Below the pieces are notes generated by a model, which was not told the origin of the DNA, searched no databases, and saw only the letters and a program-made list of their open reading frames with translations. This document shows positions 1 through 12,482 of a stretch of 64,000 bases of DNA, piece after piece. The position numbers were made by a program, and so were the translations under genes. The stretch is from positions 204,600,001 through 204,664,000 of the forward strand of contig NC_042998.1 of assembly GCF_006345805.1 (NCBI RefSeq), written 5' to 3'. This stretch comes from Octopus sinensis. Its lineage: Eukaryota. Positions within the stretch are counted from its first letter, which is position 1, and the number at the start of each line of letters is the position of its first letter.

Positions 1-96
1 ACAAGTGTTGTGACGCGGTCCGCCCCGGGCGGCGCTTTTGGGTCTGTTGTAGGCAATATGTGTTTTTTGCGGGGTCCGAGGGCGGGAAACGGAAAG

Positions 97-655
97 GCCG
101 CCTGGGCGCGAAATTTTTTTTCCAACGAGAGTTCCGGATCCCAGTTATAAACTCATTTGCATACAGCCAACTATCAATTTATGAGCGCATCGCAAGTGAT
201 GGGGGATAAGATAAGGTCACTTGGGGAAGGAATGACCATGCTTCTTTTCTCTTTCAATAATGCTTGTTGTTCTTGTTCTTGTTCCAACCATGGCTGCCTC
301 TGCGTAGTTATTTGTGCTGTTGTTGTTTACTTTGTAAAGCAGTAAGGGGAGAGGGTTGCTAGCACATCACCCTCTACCCACATTTCTCCCATCCACATCT
401 TTACCATATGGGGCCCTAACAAAATCCGATAATAGGTACAGATCCAAATCTAATAACTTGTCTCCTTCTAAAATCGGGCATAATTTAGCGATCGGTCGAC
501 TTACAACACCGTTCTTCGTCTTGAGTTTCCTTGGTAGAGTGTGTTTGTTAACTTTTCAACAAGGTCAAGGTGAGCTCTGGTTGACTTTATGCAAATGAGT
601 TCATTACTGGGGATCTGAACTCTTGTGGGAAAAAAAATTTAGCGCTCCAGGCGGC
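97..655. repeat. Pair of ~67-bp imperfect inverted repeats (97-163 and 588-655), each containing an octamer motif ATGCAAAT
   Basis: 97-163 gccgcctgggcgcgaaattttttttccaacgagagttccggatcccagttataaactcatttgcata aligns with the reverse complement of 588-655 (gccgcctggagcgctaaatttttttttcccacaagagttcagatccccagtaatgaactcatttgcata) with scattered mismatches. Confidence 0.8.
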
Positions 656-939
656 ACACACTCTAGCTACGCTAATGTAACCACGTGACAAGGGAGCCTT
701 TTTCTGAACACACGACCGTTTAGAAATACTAACCACATCTTTAAAGCAAACTTTACTGTTTTAAATAAGCGAATAAACCCCTGTTGATTAATATAAGCAA
801 CCTGTTGCGTCTTTGATTACAGGTGAGCAGCGTTGAACAGCAGCAACAACAACGATTGCAACAACAATCGCTCTTCGCCGATTACACATCAAATTTTTGA
901 TACAATGTCCGACGTTATATTTCCGTCTGTTTGTCTTGG

Positions 940-1090
940 ACGGCGAACAGGTAGAAACGTCAGCACCCCGGGGCGAAATGCTTTGCAGAATTCCGCCTGT
1001 CTCTACGTTCTGGGTTCAAATTCCGCCGAGGTCGGCTTTGCTTTTATTTTTTCCAGAGTCGATAAAATAAGTACCAGTTGTGTACTGCGA
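940..1090 (+). mobile_element. tRNA-derived SINE, family A, truncated/diverged copy
   Basis: Shares ttctgggttcaaattccgccgaggtcg...gtcgataaaataagtaccagtt with the fuller copies at 13171 and 44533. Confidence 0.7.
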
Positions 1091-1581
1091 CCATTCAACA
1101 GAGTTTTCACTACCCCGAAATTGCTGGCCTTGTGCCCAAATTTGAAACCAGTATTATTTTTTAGTTTATTGTTAAAGAAAGAAAGAAAGAAAGAAGGAAA
1201 GAAAGAAGGAAGGAAGGAAAGAAATAGATCTATCGGTTTATTCACAGGAATCTATAAGCAAGACAGTCGGTAAGAATGTGATCGATAGTGCAAAGTGGGT
1301 CAGATTTGAAAACTAATCAAATCGAGGCAAGAATTGTATCAGAATTTTGTTTTATGGAAATTTTGTAAAGAAATCAAGTTTGCTTTTTATATTAAAGCAA
1401 TTATTTCGTATTTCATTCACCTTTTACAACTAAAATGCATATAGACAGACATAAATACACACAGATACACGATCGCGAGCATACAAACACACACACACAC
1501 CCATACTCTAACTTTGGAAGTATACTTTTACTAACATAGGTAAACAGTCACTGATGATATTAAACATTTTTACACATACAC

Positions 1582-1660
<79 letters not shown>

Positions 1661-1690
1661 GATCGATCGATCGATCGATCTATCTATCTA
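1582..1690. repeat. (TATC)n microsatellite with (GATC)n variant block; 5' flank of the Tx1-like element
   Basis: Directly visible tandem repeat. Confidence 0.95.
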
Positions 1691-1729
1691 AGTAACCCTC
1701 TGTTCCTTTCGCTTGTATTTTAATTCACT

Positions 1730-2920
1730 AGGATTATAATCAAGATTGGTTGTGTAAATGCGCGTGGCTTGGGGTTCCCTTGGAAACAAGGGTACCTCTT
1801 AAATGACATAAAGTCACACAAGTTAGAAATCATAGCCATAAGTGAGACCAGACTCCACAATCCGCGGGCCCTAAAGACCATGTTTGGCGGACAGTTCAAC
1901 ATTTATTTTCCCTCCTGTCTTCCAAGGATGGGCGGTAGTGGCACCGCAGTACTTTTTCGCAAGAGTCTGGATCTCAAAGTAAAGACAATATTCGTAGACC
2001 CGGAGGGTAGACTGGTCGTCCTGGATGTCGACGGCAGCAATGGGTGCGCTTTTCGACTCGTATCAGTCTACGCACCGCCTTTAACAGGTCGGGCGGATTT
2101 CTTTCAACGTCTAGAAGTATTCTTGGGAACGTCTCGTCCTTTACTCTTAGTGGGGGATTGGAATGCTACCTTGGACACGCATGTAGACTATGTGGGCAGA
2201 GATAGGAATAGGCGGGGATGCAAATGCCTCAGAGACCTGCTCAAACGCTTTCAACTGTCTGACAGGTACCGACTCGACCACCCGAGTGCGCCAACGTGGA
2301 CGTGGAGCAACCGCATCGGGTCGTCGAGATCATATCTAGATAGGATACTCTGTATGACAGTAGATAGTGATAGCGTAGGATGTCCACAATTCCACATAGT
2401 CAGCTATACGGATCACAAACTTGTGACATGTACGCTAGACTTAGGTAAGACACATAGGCAGGGTCCCGGATACTGGAAACTAAACGCGTCTTTCCCATCG
2501 AGACAGGTTTTCAGAGACTGGATTAGCACACTAGTAAAGAGGGCTTTGACGGGAGCCATCATCAACAACAAATGGTGGTTTGTCCTCAAGAGAGCACTAA
2601 AAGCAGAAGCGATTAGGTACAGCAAAGCACTAGCTATAGAAAGAAACAGAGTAGAGGGTGAGTTAGTTAAGAAGCTAGAAGAGGCAATTAGAAGAGGCAT
2701 CGCATCCGACGTTTTGGCGGCGAGGCTGGCCCTCGACCAACACTTCAACGCCAAACACGAAGGGTGTGTTGTCAGAGCTAGAATACGTGTTCTAAGGAAC
2801 GAAGATGTTGGAGCCGCGCGAGAGGCCCGGGTGGCAGAGGCGCAACAGGGCAACAAAGCCACCATTCGGTCTCTGGTAGATAAACAGGGGCGCGAATTGC
2901 TAGAGCCAAGTAAAATGTGA
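1730..2920 (+). pseudogene. ORF2 N-terminus: APE-type endonuclease plus linker
   Basis: Motifs IGCVNARGL, AISETRL, SVYAP, LVGDWNA, SYLDRI, YTDHKLV and GPGYWKLNAS are typical of L1/Tx1 endonucleases. The frame opens after TAA 1721, with AGG at 1730 where ATG is expected. An apparent 2-nt loss at 2917-2920 (aaaatgtgaggcc) shifts the frame. Confidence 0.85.
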
Positions 2921-3197
2921 GGCCTTTCAACAGCATTTTGCCCGACTGTTCGGGACGAGTGGCGGGCAAGAACGTAGGGTGGACTTCAGTGCCTACATAC
3001 ACAGCCTACCACGACTCTCGACAAGAGAGGCAGGGCGCTGCGAAGGTGCCATCACGGCGGCGGAAGTGCAGGACGCGATGGCAGAATGCTCGAGGGACAA
3101 ATCGCCGGGTTTGGATGGTCTACCCTACGAGCTTTACAGTTGTATGCCAGACTTGTTTGGAGCCGTCTTGGCAGCGGTGTACTGCAACTGGCAGCAA
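2921..3197 (+). pseudogene. ORF2 RT N-terminal segment
   Basis: EAFQQHFARLF...GAITAAEVQDAM...DKSPGLDGLPYELY matches the conserved 'K+PGxDG+xxEFY' pre-RT motif. Confidence 0.85.
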
Positions 3198-4096
3198 AAC
3201 GGCTGGGCATGCTGTGATTGATGATGCGCATACACGCACTGACACTGCGACATCTCAGACTCTACGTAGATGACGGTGAACAGGCGTGGTCGCCGTTTGT
3301 GAGGCACGCTTTCCTGCAACTCGTCTCCATGACCGAACTGCAGTCGTGGATCAAAAAGAGGCCGAGGAAGGGCGAATGGCACCGCGAGTGTCGCGTTGCT
3401 CTCGAGCAACTATGCCGTCCCGGGTCGACCTTGAGTGACTTCAACACAACCAAAGCATTCTATAGGGGATTAGTGGAGGGGAGGTACGACGACGAGCTCG
3501 GGGCGAACCTGGACGTCGACGAGGAATACCTGACCCGCTTGTTCAGGACGACTTTCGGGCCAGGGCCCATGGACAACTTCCAGAGATCCCTGGCCTGGCA
3601 GTGCTACCGAGAAGCGCTACCCGTTCGGGATAAGCTCTACAGACACGGCTCGAGAAACACGGGGCCGACCTGCCCGAGATGCGGTCAGATCGACGAAACC
3701 GCTCTGCACGCAATCGTGCAGTGTCCAACAATTTCAGACCTGTGGGCTTATGTCGAACAACTGCTGTCACGTGTGGGACGAGTCGGTTTATCAGCTGAGT
3801 CTATCGTCAATATTGTCACGCCTCCTTCCTTCAAACGGAAAGGAAGAGCTATTTTCATCATCCTTGTGGCTATGGCGAAAGAATGTATCTGGTGGACGCG
3901 TCTGAAAGGATTGGAGACAAACACTTTCCTCTATGGTCAATCTCTCATCAACTTTTTCAAGTTTAACTTGAAAAGGAAAGTGAGAGTAGAGAGGCAAGTT
4001 TTGTCTAGCGAATGTTTCAAAAAAAAAAAAAGATGGGTGAATGTAGCAAGGATGGCACGTATGAATGACGAAGCCACCTTGAGCATAATCCTATGA
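3198..4096 (+). pseudogene. ORF2 C-terminal domain with CCHC-type (zf-RVT-like) motif
   Basis: LAWQCYREALPVRDKL...CPRCGQIDETALHAIVQCP...LWAYVEQLL is the L1/Tx1 C-terminal signature. Confidence 0.85.
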
Positions 4097-4432
4097 ACCC
4101 GGAAAATTTAAAACAGAGGTTTACCTACTTGCAAACAAATGTGGTAACATGTAACATTATTGACCGAGGTTACTGTGGTCTTTTCCGTAGGCTTTTCTTC
4201 CCACGGACAAACCTTATCTGCTTCCCCCTTTACAATTTACACCATGACACTGTGATACATGATCCCTATTGATGGTTTTCCCCCTTGATCCTCCTCTTTT
4301 TTTCTTTCCCTTTTACGATCCCTTTTGATCGAAAACCTAACCCACCTTTTTTTTTCTCTCCCCCAAAAAGAAAAGCTCTACTTTGTAATCTGTCCCGTCT
4401 GTGTGCAGCCCTGTGTGGCTAATAAAGAAACA

Positions 4433-4618
<186 letters not shown>

Positions 4619-4644
4619 CACACACATATATATATATATATATA

Positions 4645-5187
4645 TCTATTATATAAAATCCGTTCTGTCTGTGTGTGTGTGTCTTCTAGGATCTCGGGCA
4701 TCCTCCATCCAATTGTGTTCAAATTTGATATGTAGATACTGACGGTATCAGGGCATGTATAAGTCTTGAAAAAATTACAAAAATCGATTCCAGAGAATAC
4801 GATCGATAAAGCCGTGGGAACGTGCATTTGTACACGCAAGTACATCAGCTGTTGCGATCGATACTACGCGTATGCGAAAAAAATGCACGTGCAGTTTGCG
4901 CAAAAAAAAAGCCGGCTGGCTTGAAATAATGCCACAAAATGCAGCATATTTAAGAGACCAAAAAGTAAGATACAAAAGAGATATTTTCTTCAAACTTGAC
5001 ATGAAGGAAGGAAAGACTATTTGGTTTCTCAAGAAGTTTTATTATTTTGTTTTAACTTCGTTTAACAAAACCAAAAATTTTTATAAAGGCATGCTTAATT
5101 ATTTTTTAAAGAAAAGAAAACACTGATTGCTTTTTATTCAGCAGATATGATTCAGCATCGTCCATTGGACAGGGGGCGTTTTGCTCG
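4645..5187 (+). mobile_element. Non-autonomous Helitron-like element
   Basis: Begins A|TCTATTATATAAAA and ends with a small hairpin (gtccattggac) then GCTCG|T (CTAG-like); termini resemble those of the element at 10013-10396. Confidence 0.5.
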
Positions 5188-5820
5188 TATATATATATGT
5201 TTTTATCTATCTTCCTCTTTATCTCTATCTCTCTAAACATACACACAAACACACTCACACACACACTCACACATACATATGGCTACGTAAACTGACTGCT
5301 TCTTAAGTACTTCCTTCTTAACTTTTCAACTCTGCCCTTCTTAAGCTGCTATTGTTTGCGTATGTGCGTGTGTGTATAAGCATGTATCATTGTTTGGCAA
5401 GTATCGACAACGTAGCTGCTTCTATCATTTTTGTTTTTTTACCATTCTCTTAGAAACCGTTTGTCAAGTTCAGCTTCCCTCTCAGAGTTGAACTTCGGTT
5501 CACTCTCTGCTTCTCGCTTCTACCCACCCTCTCTCTTTCTCTCCCTTCTTTCTACATGAGGATGTAAAGCGTGCTTACAGAATCAACCCAACCGTTTTGT
5601 ATCGGCTGTTTTTCTATAGAAATAAAAAGATTTGCGTGTATGCTTGTATGTTTGTACATAAATACGTATGTGTGTGTGTGTGTGTTGTGTGTGTGTGTTG
5701 TGTGAATAGTCCGTCATTGCCAGAACATTTTTACAATAGAATGTCTTCTATAAATTTTTATTTATTCCATGTCAGAGCATGTCTTCCCCGACAGATAGGC
5801 CTCTTGATTAGGACAGATTT

Positions 5821-6239
5821 ACTCTCTTTACTCTTTAACTTGTTTCAGTCATTTGACTGCGGCCATGCTGGAGCACCGCCGTTTAGTCGAGCAAATCGAC
5901 CCCGGGACTTATTCTTTGTAAGCTCAGTACTTATTCTATCGGTCTCTTTTGCCGAACCGCTAAGTGACGGGGACGTAAACACGCCAGCATCGGTTGTCAA
6001 GCAATGCTAGGGGGACAAACACAGACACACAAACACATACACACACACATATATATATATATATATACATATATACGACAGGCTTCTTTCAGTTTCCGTC
6101 TACCAAATCCACTCACAAGGCATTGGTCGGCCCGGGGCTATAGCAGAAGACACTTGCTCAAGATGCCAGGCAGTGGGACTGAACCCAGAACCATGTGGTT
6201 GGTTAGCAAGCTACTTACCACACAGCCACTCCTGCGCCT
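5821..6239 (-). mobile_element. tRNA-derived SINE, family B, near full length
   Basis: Head aggcgcaggagtggctgtgtggtaag (A box) and ggttcagtcc (B box); tail ccagcatggccgcagtcaaatgactgaaacaagt; near-identical copies at 58521 and 59928. Confidence 0.85.
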
Positions 6240-6612
6240 ATTTGTGCAATTTTTCGCTAAAATATTTTGTTGATGACTTTTCACCTTTTTTAATTATTTA
6301 CCTGTGTGTTTCGACCGTTTCAAATGACTTCATTCATTCAAACTTCAGAAGTTTTCACAACTTTGGTCGTCGTAATGCTTTTGTTTCATAAAAATTCCTC
6401 CTCCTCCTCCTCCAAATGAGTTTGCTTTCATTCGTGACAGACAGCTATCAATGCAGGAAATGCCAGCTTACAAATCCAGTTTTTCCGATTAGGTAAAACG
6501 GATTCTTAAGCGTTAAACTAATACAACATTTGTTAAAACATGTCCCTCCCGCCCTGTTGCTTTCTCTCTTCGTCTTCACTGCCTGTTTATTATGCATATA
6601 TATATATATATA

Positions 6613-7673
6613 CTATCAGTATCGCCCGGCGTTGCTCGGGTTTGTTTCGACCCTTTAGAATTGGAATTTTTGAAAAGTAAAAATTTTGCATTATGTAGCT
6701 TGTTATTCTCTTTGAGTGAAAATTTTTCTGGTTGAAATACACCGAAAAATGGCGACACAGCTGTCAAAAAATCGTAAAAAATAGGGATTTTCATAGAAAA
6801 ATAAGCACCTTTTTGATGTAAATAATTTTTGGTGTTAACATGTCGTCTGGGTTCTTCCAATTCTTCGTGTGTCGGCGTCCATGCTCGCACCTGCACCTGT
6901 CTTGCTCCTCCCCTTCTTTCCCTCCCTCGTGAAGCTGTGGGGAAGGGGAGGGTAGGAAAAACACACGTCGTAAGCGTTGCCAAGGAGACCACCGTTCTTC
7001 TCGAAGAACGACTTCATGGCTTTGAAGTCGCCATGCTCAAAGCAGAGAATGGCGAGGAAAGCCGAAGAGGAATTTACAAAATGGGGAAACACGCCACACA
7101 AAGGCAGGTTTCCCGTGCAAAGAATTGGCACAACCGAATGTATTTTGTATTTATTAGTTGTTGCACAACTTTTACATAAAAAATATTATCCAAACACAAA
7201 CTTTTGAAGACAATAAAAAGGCAAACTTACTACTATATAGTAGCCCTTTGGCTGCTATTTCTAAAGTTTTCGGTATGTGGTCAAGCAACTTGTTGCAAAA
7301 ACCCTTATTATTATAATTATATAAGTTTTTCACCGAATATGATCTTTTTCCATACCGAAATACTACTAGGTGAAATTTGTTGATTTTATTGAATTAATTA
7401 TATTTCACCCTATATCTGTAATGATATATATATATATATATATAGCTAATCCAAACTGGAAAGCACAAAAAAACACAACAACGCTAGGACGTGGAGCAAA
7501 TATAGTATTATTGGACCCTCAGGAAAGAAGGAGGGTTTAACGTTTCGAGCGGAGCTCTTCGTCGGAAACATAGGAGAAGGAAAGATCCAGAGAAGGGAAG
7601 ACAGAGGGAAAAAATCGCCAACGGTACACCCGAGGTCACATTTTGATATATATATATATATATATATACACAA

Positions 7674-7713
<40 letters not shown>

Positions 7714-7792
7714 GAGAGAGAGATATGGAGATATATATATATGTGTGTGTATATAGATATATATTCAAAGATGCGTATGAATATTAGAAGAA

Positions 7793-7831
<39 letters not shown>

Positions 7832-8748
7832 ACTCACACACACACATTTTTCCATGCATACATACATGTGTGTGTTTAATGCAACTTTGTATACATGAAC
7901 AACTGACGTAAGCTGCATGTAATATGAAAGCCTGCACATGCTCCCCCCGCTATATATACACACACACGCACACACCCACATATATGTATATACACACACA
8001 CACAAAATTCAACCATCCGTAAACACATAAGGAAATAATCCCAATCTAGTCCTTTCCCTCTAGGGAACGAAGGCGCATGTGTAGGTTGCAATGTCTTCTC
8101 TTCACTCCCAAATAACTATCAAACAGCTATCGATAATTCAACCCAACCAATTGCGTCCCCTAGACAGTCTGTGGTTTGTGTTTAATACACAAATCGGTTT
8201 GCTATGTATGCCACATATGATTTAATTAACCGATTTTTTCCAGTAATAAAGTATCATATTGGAATAAAAAGGGCCATATAGCTCCTTGGACCAGACATGA
8301 TGCACGCTGTGAATTTTTTTTTAAATTCCTGCCAATTTGTTAAAGATATTGTCGAAAATATGTCATCTTGAATTTGAACGCGATTTCCCAAAATGGCATG
8401 ATTTTATCGATTTTTTCTGATGGTAAGATATTGCATGGAAAACTAACGTCAGAATTAAGTTTCTTAGGATAACATTAAGCTTCACCATGAGTTTGATGAA
8501 AATCGATTGCAAGTTGCGAAAACTACAACAGAAAATGTGTTGCATATAAAAAGCTTAGATTCTCGACCCCATGTCGAATTTATCGATTATTTTCAGAACT
8601 GGGGGAACTTTTCAAAATTTTCGCTGCGTTAGTTTTGAATTATGACATTGGGCTATGTGTGTGTCAAGTTTCATCAGAATCGGTTGAAAGCCGTGGTCAG
8701 GGTCAGGGTACAACCTGACAGACAAACTGCCGTTTATATATAGAGAGA
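6613..8748 (-). mobile_element. Non-autonomous Helitron-type element (possibly composite) containing microsatellites and a Penelope-type fragment
   Basis: 5' end A|TCTCTCTATATATAAAC at 8748; 3' end cccgagcaacgccgggcgatactgATAG|T at 6613, matching the hairpin plus CTAG end of the copies at 10396 and 25608. That both termini belong to one element is inferred. Confidence 0.6.
7460..7645 (-). mobile_element. Penelope-type terminal repeat fragment with minimal hammerhead-like motif (core variant CCGACGA)
   Basis: The minus strand of 7535-7570 reads gtttCCGACGAa-gagc-tcc-gctc-GAAAcgt-t-aaac; homologous to 13770-13880. Confidence 0.65.
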
Positions 8749-8796
8749 TACATATGATAAAAATAATTAAACATAAGAATATAGAATTACTGAATA

Positions 8797-9006
8797 CAAT
8801 AATCCCTCGCCATATCGCGGTTGACTTATTTAAGCTTCTGTCGATTCCTTTGCGGTGTCGTTTTGCATTTGTAACAAAATAAGTAAATACAAATTATAGA
8901 AATAATGAAAGAAATATATACAGTACAGTACTGCTTCTACTACGCGGATTTTCACCTATCGCGAGGGGTTTGGAACCTAGCACCCGCGATATTCGATGGA
9001 TTGCTG
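8797..9006. mobile_element. Tigger/pogo-like MITE
   Basis: TA|caataatccctcgccatatcgcgg ... ccgcgatattcgatggattgctg|TA: imperfect TIRs with TA duplication. Confidence 0.5.
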
Positions 9007-10012
9007 TACTTTTTGAAGAATTCATATTTATTATTCTTTTACGAAAAGCGGTGTGAGATGGTCTTCGAAACTTCGGTCCAGTAAATTTCATTGGACAACC
9101 TGACGAAGGGTACCGGGCAGAAATGACATTGGTACAGGAAGTCTGTAAGCAACACGCCTGCTTGTATAGATAACAAAAGGCGGATGATATTCGATCAACA
9201 AGCTTTTTAACCGGCGTATATTATATACTTGGTCCCGTATCGAAATAGATGGCAATTTCAACAAATCATGTGACCTTGCTGCTGCCACCTACCATTCTGT
9301 TGTGGCTTAATTGGTTGAATTATTCCATTTTCTCCTTGCGACGACAGATTACAGCCGCAGGTAATTAGACTCCAAGAAAAGCTAAGCTGTATTTATACGT
9401 GTCACAAGTTAATGTACGCCCAAAGTTTCTGGACATTCCATAGTATTGTTGGAGGGAGTGACACGCTCGGAATGTCAAGGTGTTGGATGCCTTATGATCT
9501 CCAGTCAATTCTTCATGGAATAATTCTCCCACCGAGCAAGATCTATCTATCTATCCGTCCCTCCATCCATCCATATATATATATATCACGTGATCATGTG
9601 ACCGACCAGGCCATCAGATCTTGCTATACATCGCTGGTCACAATGCGCTTCGCATTGTTTTAGCCTTCAATGGTGTTGGTCGTAGTGGTGGTGGTGGTGG
9701 TGGCTGAAGCTGTCGTCTGGGTTCTTCCAATTTTTTCGTGTGTCGGTGGCGGCACCTGCACCTGTGTAGCTCCTCCCCTTCTTCTCTCCCTCGTGAAGCC
9801 GTGGGGAAGGCAGGGTAGGGAAATCAACGTCGTAAAGCGTTGTCAAGGAGACCAGCGTTCTTTTAGAACAACGACTTCATGGCTTGAAGTCGCCAAAACA
9901 GAAATCGCTAAAAAAGCTGAAACCGATCCACAAAAACGGCAAAAACCGCCACACGGGGCAGGTTTCCTCTGCAAACAATTTGCACAACCGAATGTTTTAG
10001 TTGTTGCACAAA

Positions 10013-10396
10013 TCTTTATATATAAAAGTGAGGTTGTGTGCTGTCTGTCTCCTCCAATTTAGATTCCTAACTACTCCCACATTTTGCGGTGCAGTTTAAC
10101 CAAAACCGGGTATCTTATAGTCGTGATTCATATCGAGCCCTTCTGGGTATTAGCGCGCGTCTACGATGAGTCTACTATTAAAAAAAATTTACCATCATTT
10201 TTTCCATTTTAATGCATTTTTTCGCTTTATATAAGGGAAGTAACTCTCTAAAAATGTCTACGATGAGTAAACGATTTAAAAAAAATTACCTCCATTTTTA
10301 ATGCATTGTTTTGCTATTTTTTTGCTATAACTCTCTAAAAATGCTTATATAGTTATTTCCCTTACAAACCCGAGCAACGCCGGGCGATACTGCTAG
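10013..10396 (+). mobile_element. Non-autonomous Helitron
   Basis: A|TC start, subterminal hairpin cccgagcaacgccggg (10369-10384), CTAG|T end, no TSD: canonical Helitron termini. Confidence 0.8.
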
Positions 10397-10649
10397 TATC
10401 TGTATAAATTAAATTAGAGAGAAAACCACTAATAGGCAAATCAAACTGAAAAACCAAAAACAAAAACATTAAAAAAATATAATATATAAAATATATAAAA
10501 TATAAAATTGAAAAATTTAAATTATTTAAATTGAAAATAAAAATTATTAAATTATATTTATAATTTGTTTAAAATATATATAACTATGAAAAAGTATGAA
10601 AAAGTTTAATATACATAAATACAGATATATACACTTTGTATATATACAT

Positions 10650-11490
10650 TATATATACATATTTATATATAGAACCACACACACACAACATTATATATAC
10701 ATATTTATATATAGAACACCACACACACACAAACATTATATATACATATTTATATATAGAACACACACACACACATACATTATATATACATATTTATATA
10801 TAGAACACACACACACACATACATTATATATACATATTTATATATAGAACACACACACACACATACATTATATATACATATTTATATATAGAACACACAC
10901 ACACACACACATTATATATACATATTTATATATAGAACACACACACACACATACATTATATATATATTTATATATAGAACACACACACACACACATACAT
11001 TATATATACATATTTATATATAGAACACACACACACACACACATTATATATACATATTTATATATAGAACACACACACACACATACATTATTATACATAT
11101 TTATATATAGACACACACACACCACACACATTATATATACATATTTATATATAGAACACAACACACACACATACATTATATATACATATTTATATATAGA
11201 ACACACACACACACATACATTATATATACATATTTATATATAGAACACCACACACACATACATTATATATACATATTTATATATAGAACACACACACACA
11301 CAAACATTATATATACATATTTATATATAGAACACACACACACACATACATTATATATACATATTTATATATAGAACACACACACACACAAACATTATAT
11401 ATACATATTTATATATAGAACACACACACACACATACATATATATACATATTTATATATAGAACACACACACACACACACACACATATAT
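10650..11490. repeat. Minisatellite of ~42-44-bp compound units, ~20 copies
   Basis: Unit aga(ac)n-atacattatatatacatatttatatat; successive units start at 10758, 10802 and 10846. Confidence 0.9.
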
Positions 11491-11903
11491 AAATGAACGC
11501 AAGAATATCTGATTCATAATATTTGTTCTCATGCTCGTGTGTTGATTGTTGGTGACAGACAGGTACTTCAAAGAACGCCGCCGAAGTGATAGGAAGGTAG
11601 GAAACAGAGTCAGTGAAAAAGATAGGAAATAGCGAGAGCGACAGATACTTTAAATAACGGTAGTGGACTTCTCAAAGTTATAAATGAAGGAGAGTAAGAG
11701 AGGGAAAGGAGGAAATAGCGTGAGTGAGGAAGATGGCCCCTAGCAACCACACCTTTTGAGATAGGGATTTCTAAGATAGCCCACGTGCATCGTCACCTCA
11801 TTCTACATGTCCCTGTAAATTTTCGAGCGAATCGGACGGGACGTAGTGGCATTGAAATCGATCCAAGCGGTAAAAACGCATTTCAGTTTTATATATAGAG
11901 ATA

Positions 11904-12482
11904 TATGTATGTATGTATGTATGCATGTATGTATGTATGTATGTATGTATGTATGTATGTATGTATGTATGTATGTATGTATGTATGTATGTATGTACGT
12001 ACGTATGTATGTATGTATGTATGTATGTATGTATGTATGTACGTACGTATGTATTATGTATGTATGTATGTATGTATGTATGTATGTATCATGTATGTAT
12101 TATGTATGTATGTATGTATGTATGTATATATGTATGTATGCATGTATGTATGTATGCATGCATGTATGTATGTATGTATGTATGTATTATGTATGTATGT
12201 ATGCAGTATGTATGTATGTATGTATGTATGTATGTAGGTATGTATGTATGTATGTATGTATGTTGTGTGTGTGTGTGTGTATGTATTATGTATGTATGTA
12301 TGTATGATGTATGTATGTATGTATGTAGCATGTATGTATATGTATGTATGTATATGTATGTATGTATGTATGTATGTGTGTATGTATGTATGTACGTATG
12401 TATGTATGTATGTATGTATGTATGTATGTATGTATGTATGTATGTATGTATGTATGTATGTATGTATGTATGTATGTGTGTA
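11904..12482. repeat. (TATG)n microsatellite
   Basis: Directly visible; source of the MYVC/HTYI ORFs. Confidence 0.95.

Noticed and set aside
5597-6391. Recurrent peptides such as [11 protein letters not shown] and MLGGQTQT as a gene family
   Set aside because: They are reading frames through family B SINE copies.
9100-9125. Hammerhead-like CTGACGA...GAAA
   Set aside because: Stem II and stem I cannot pair.
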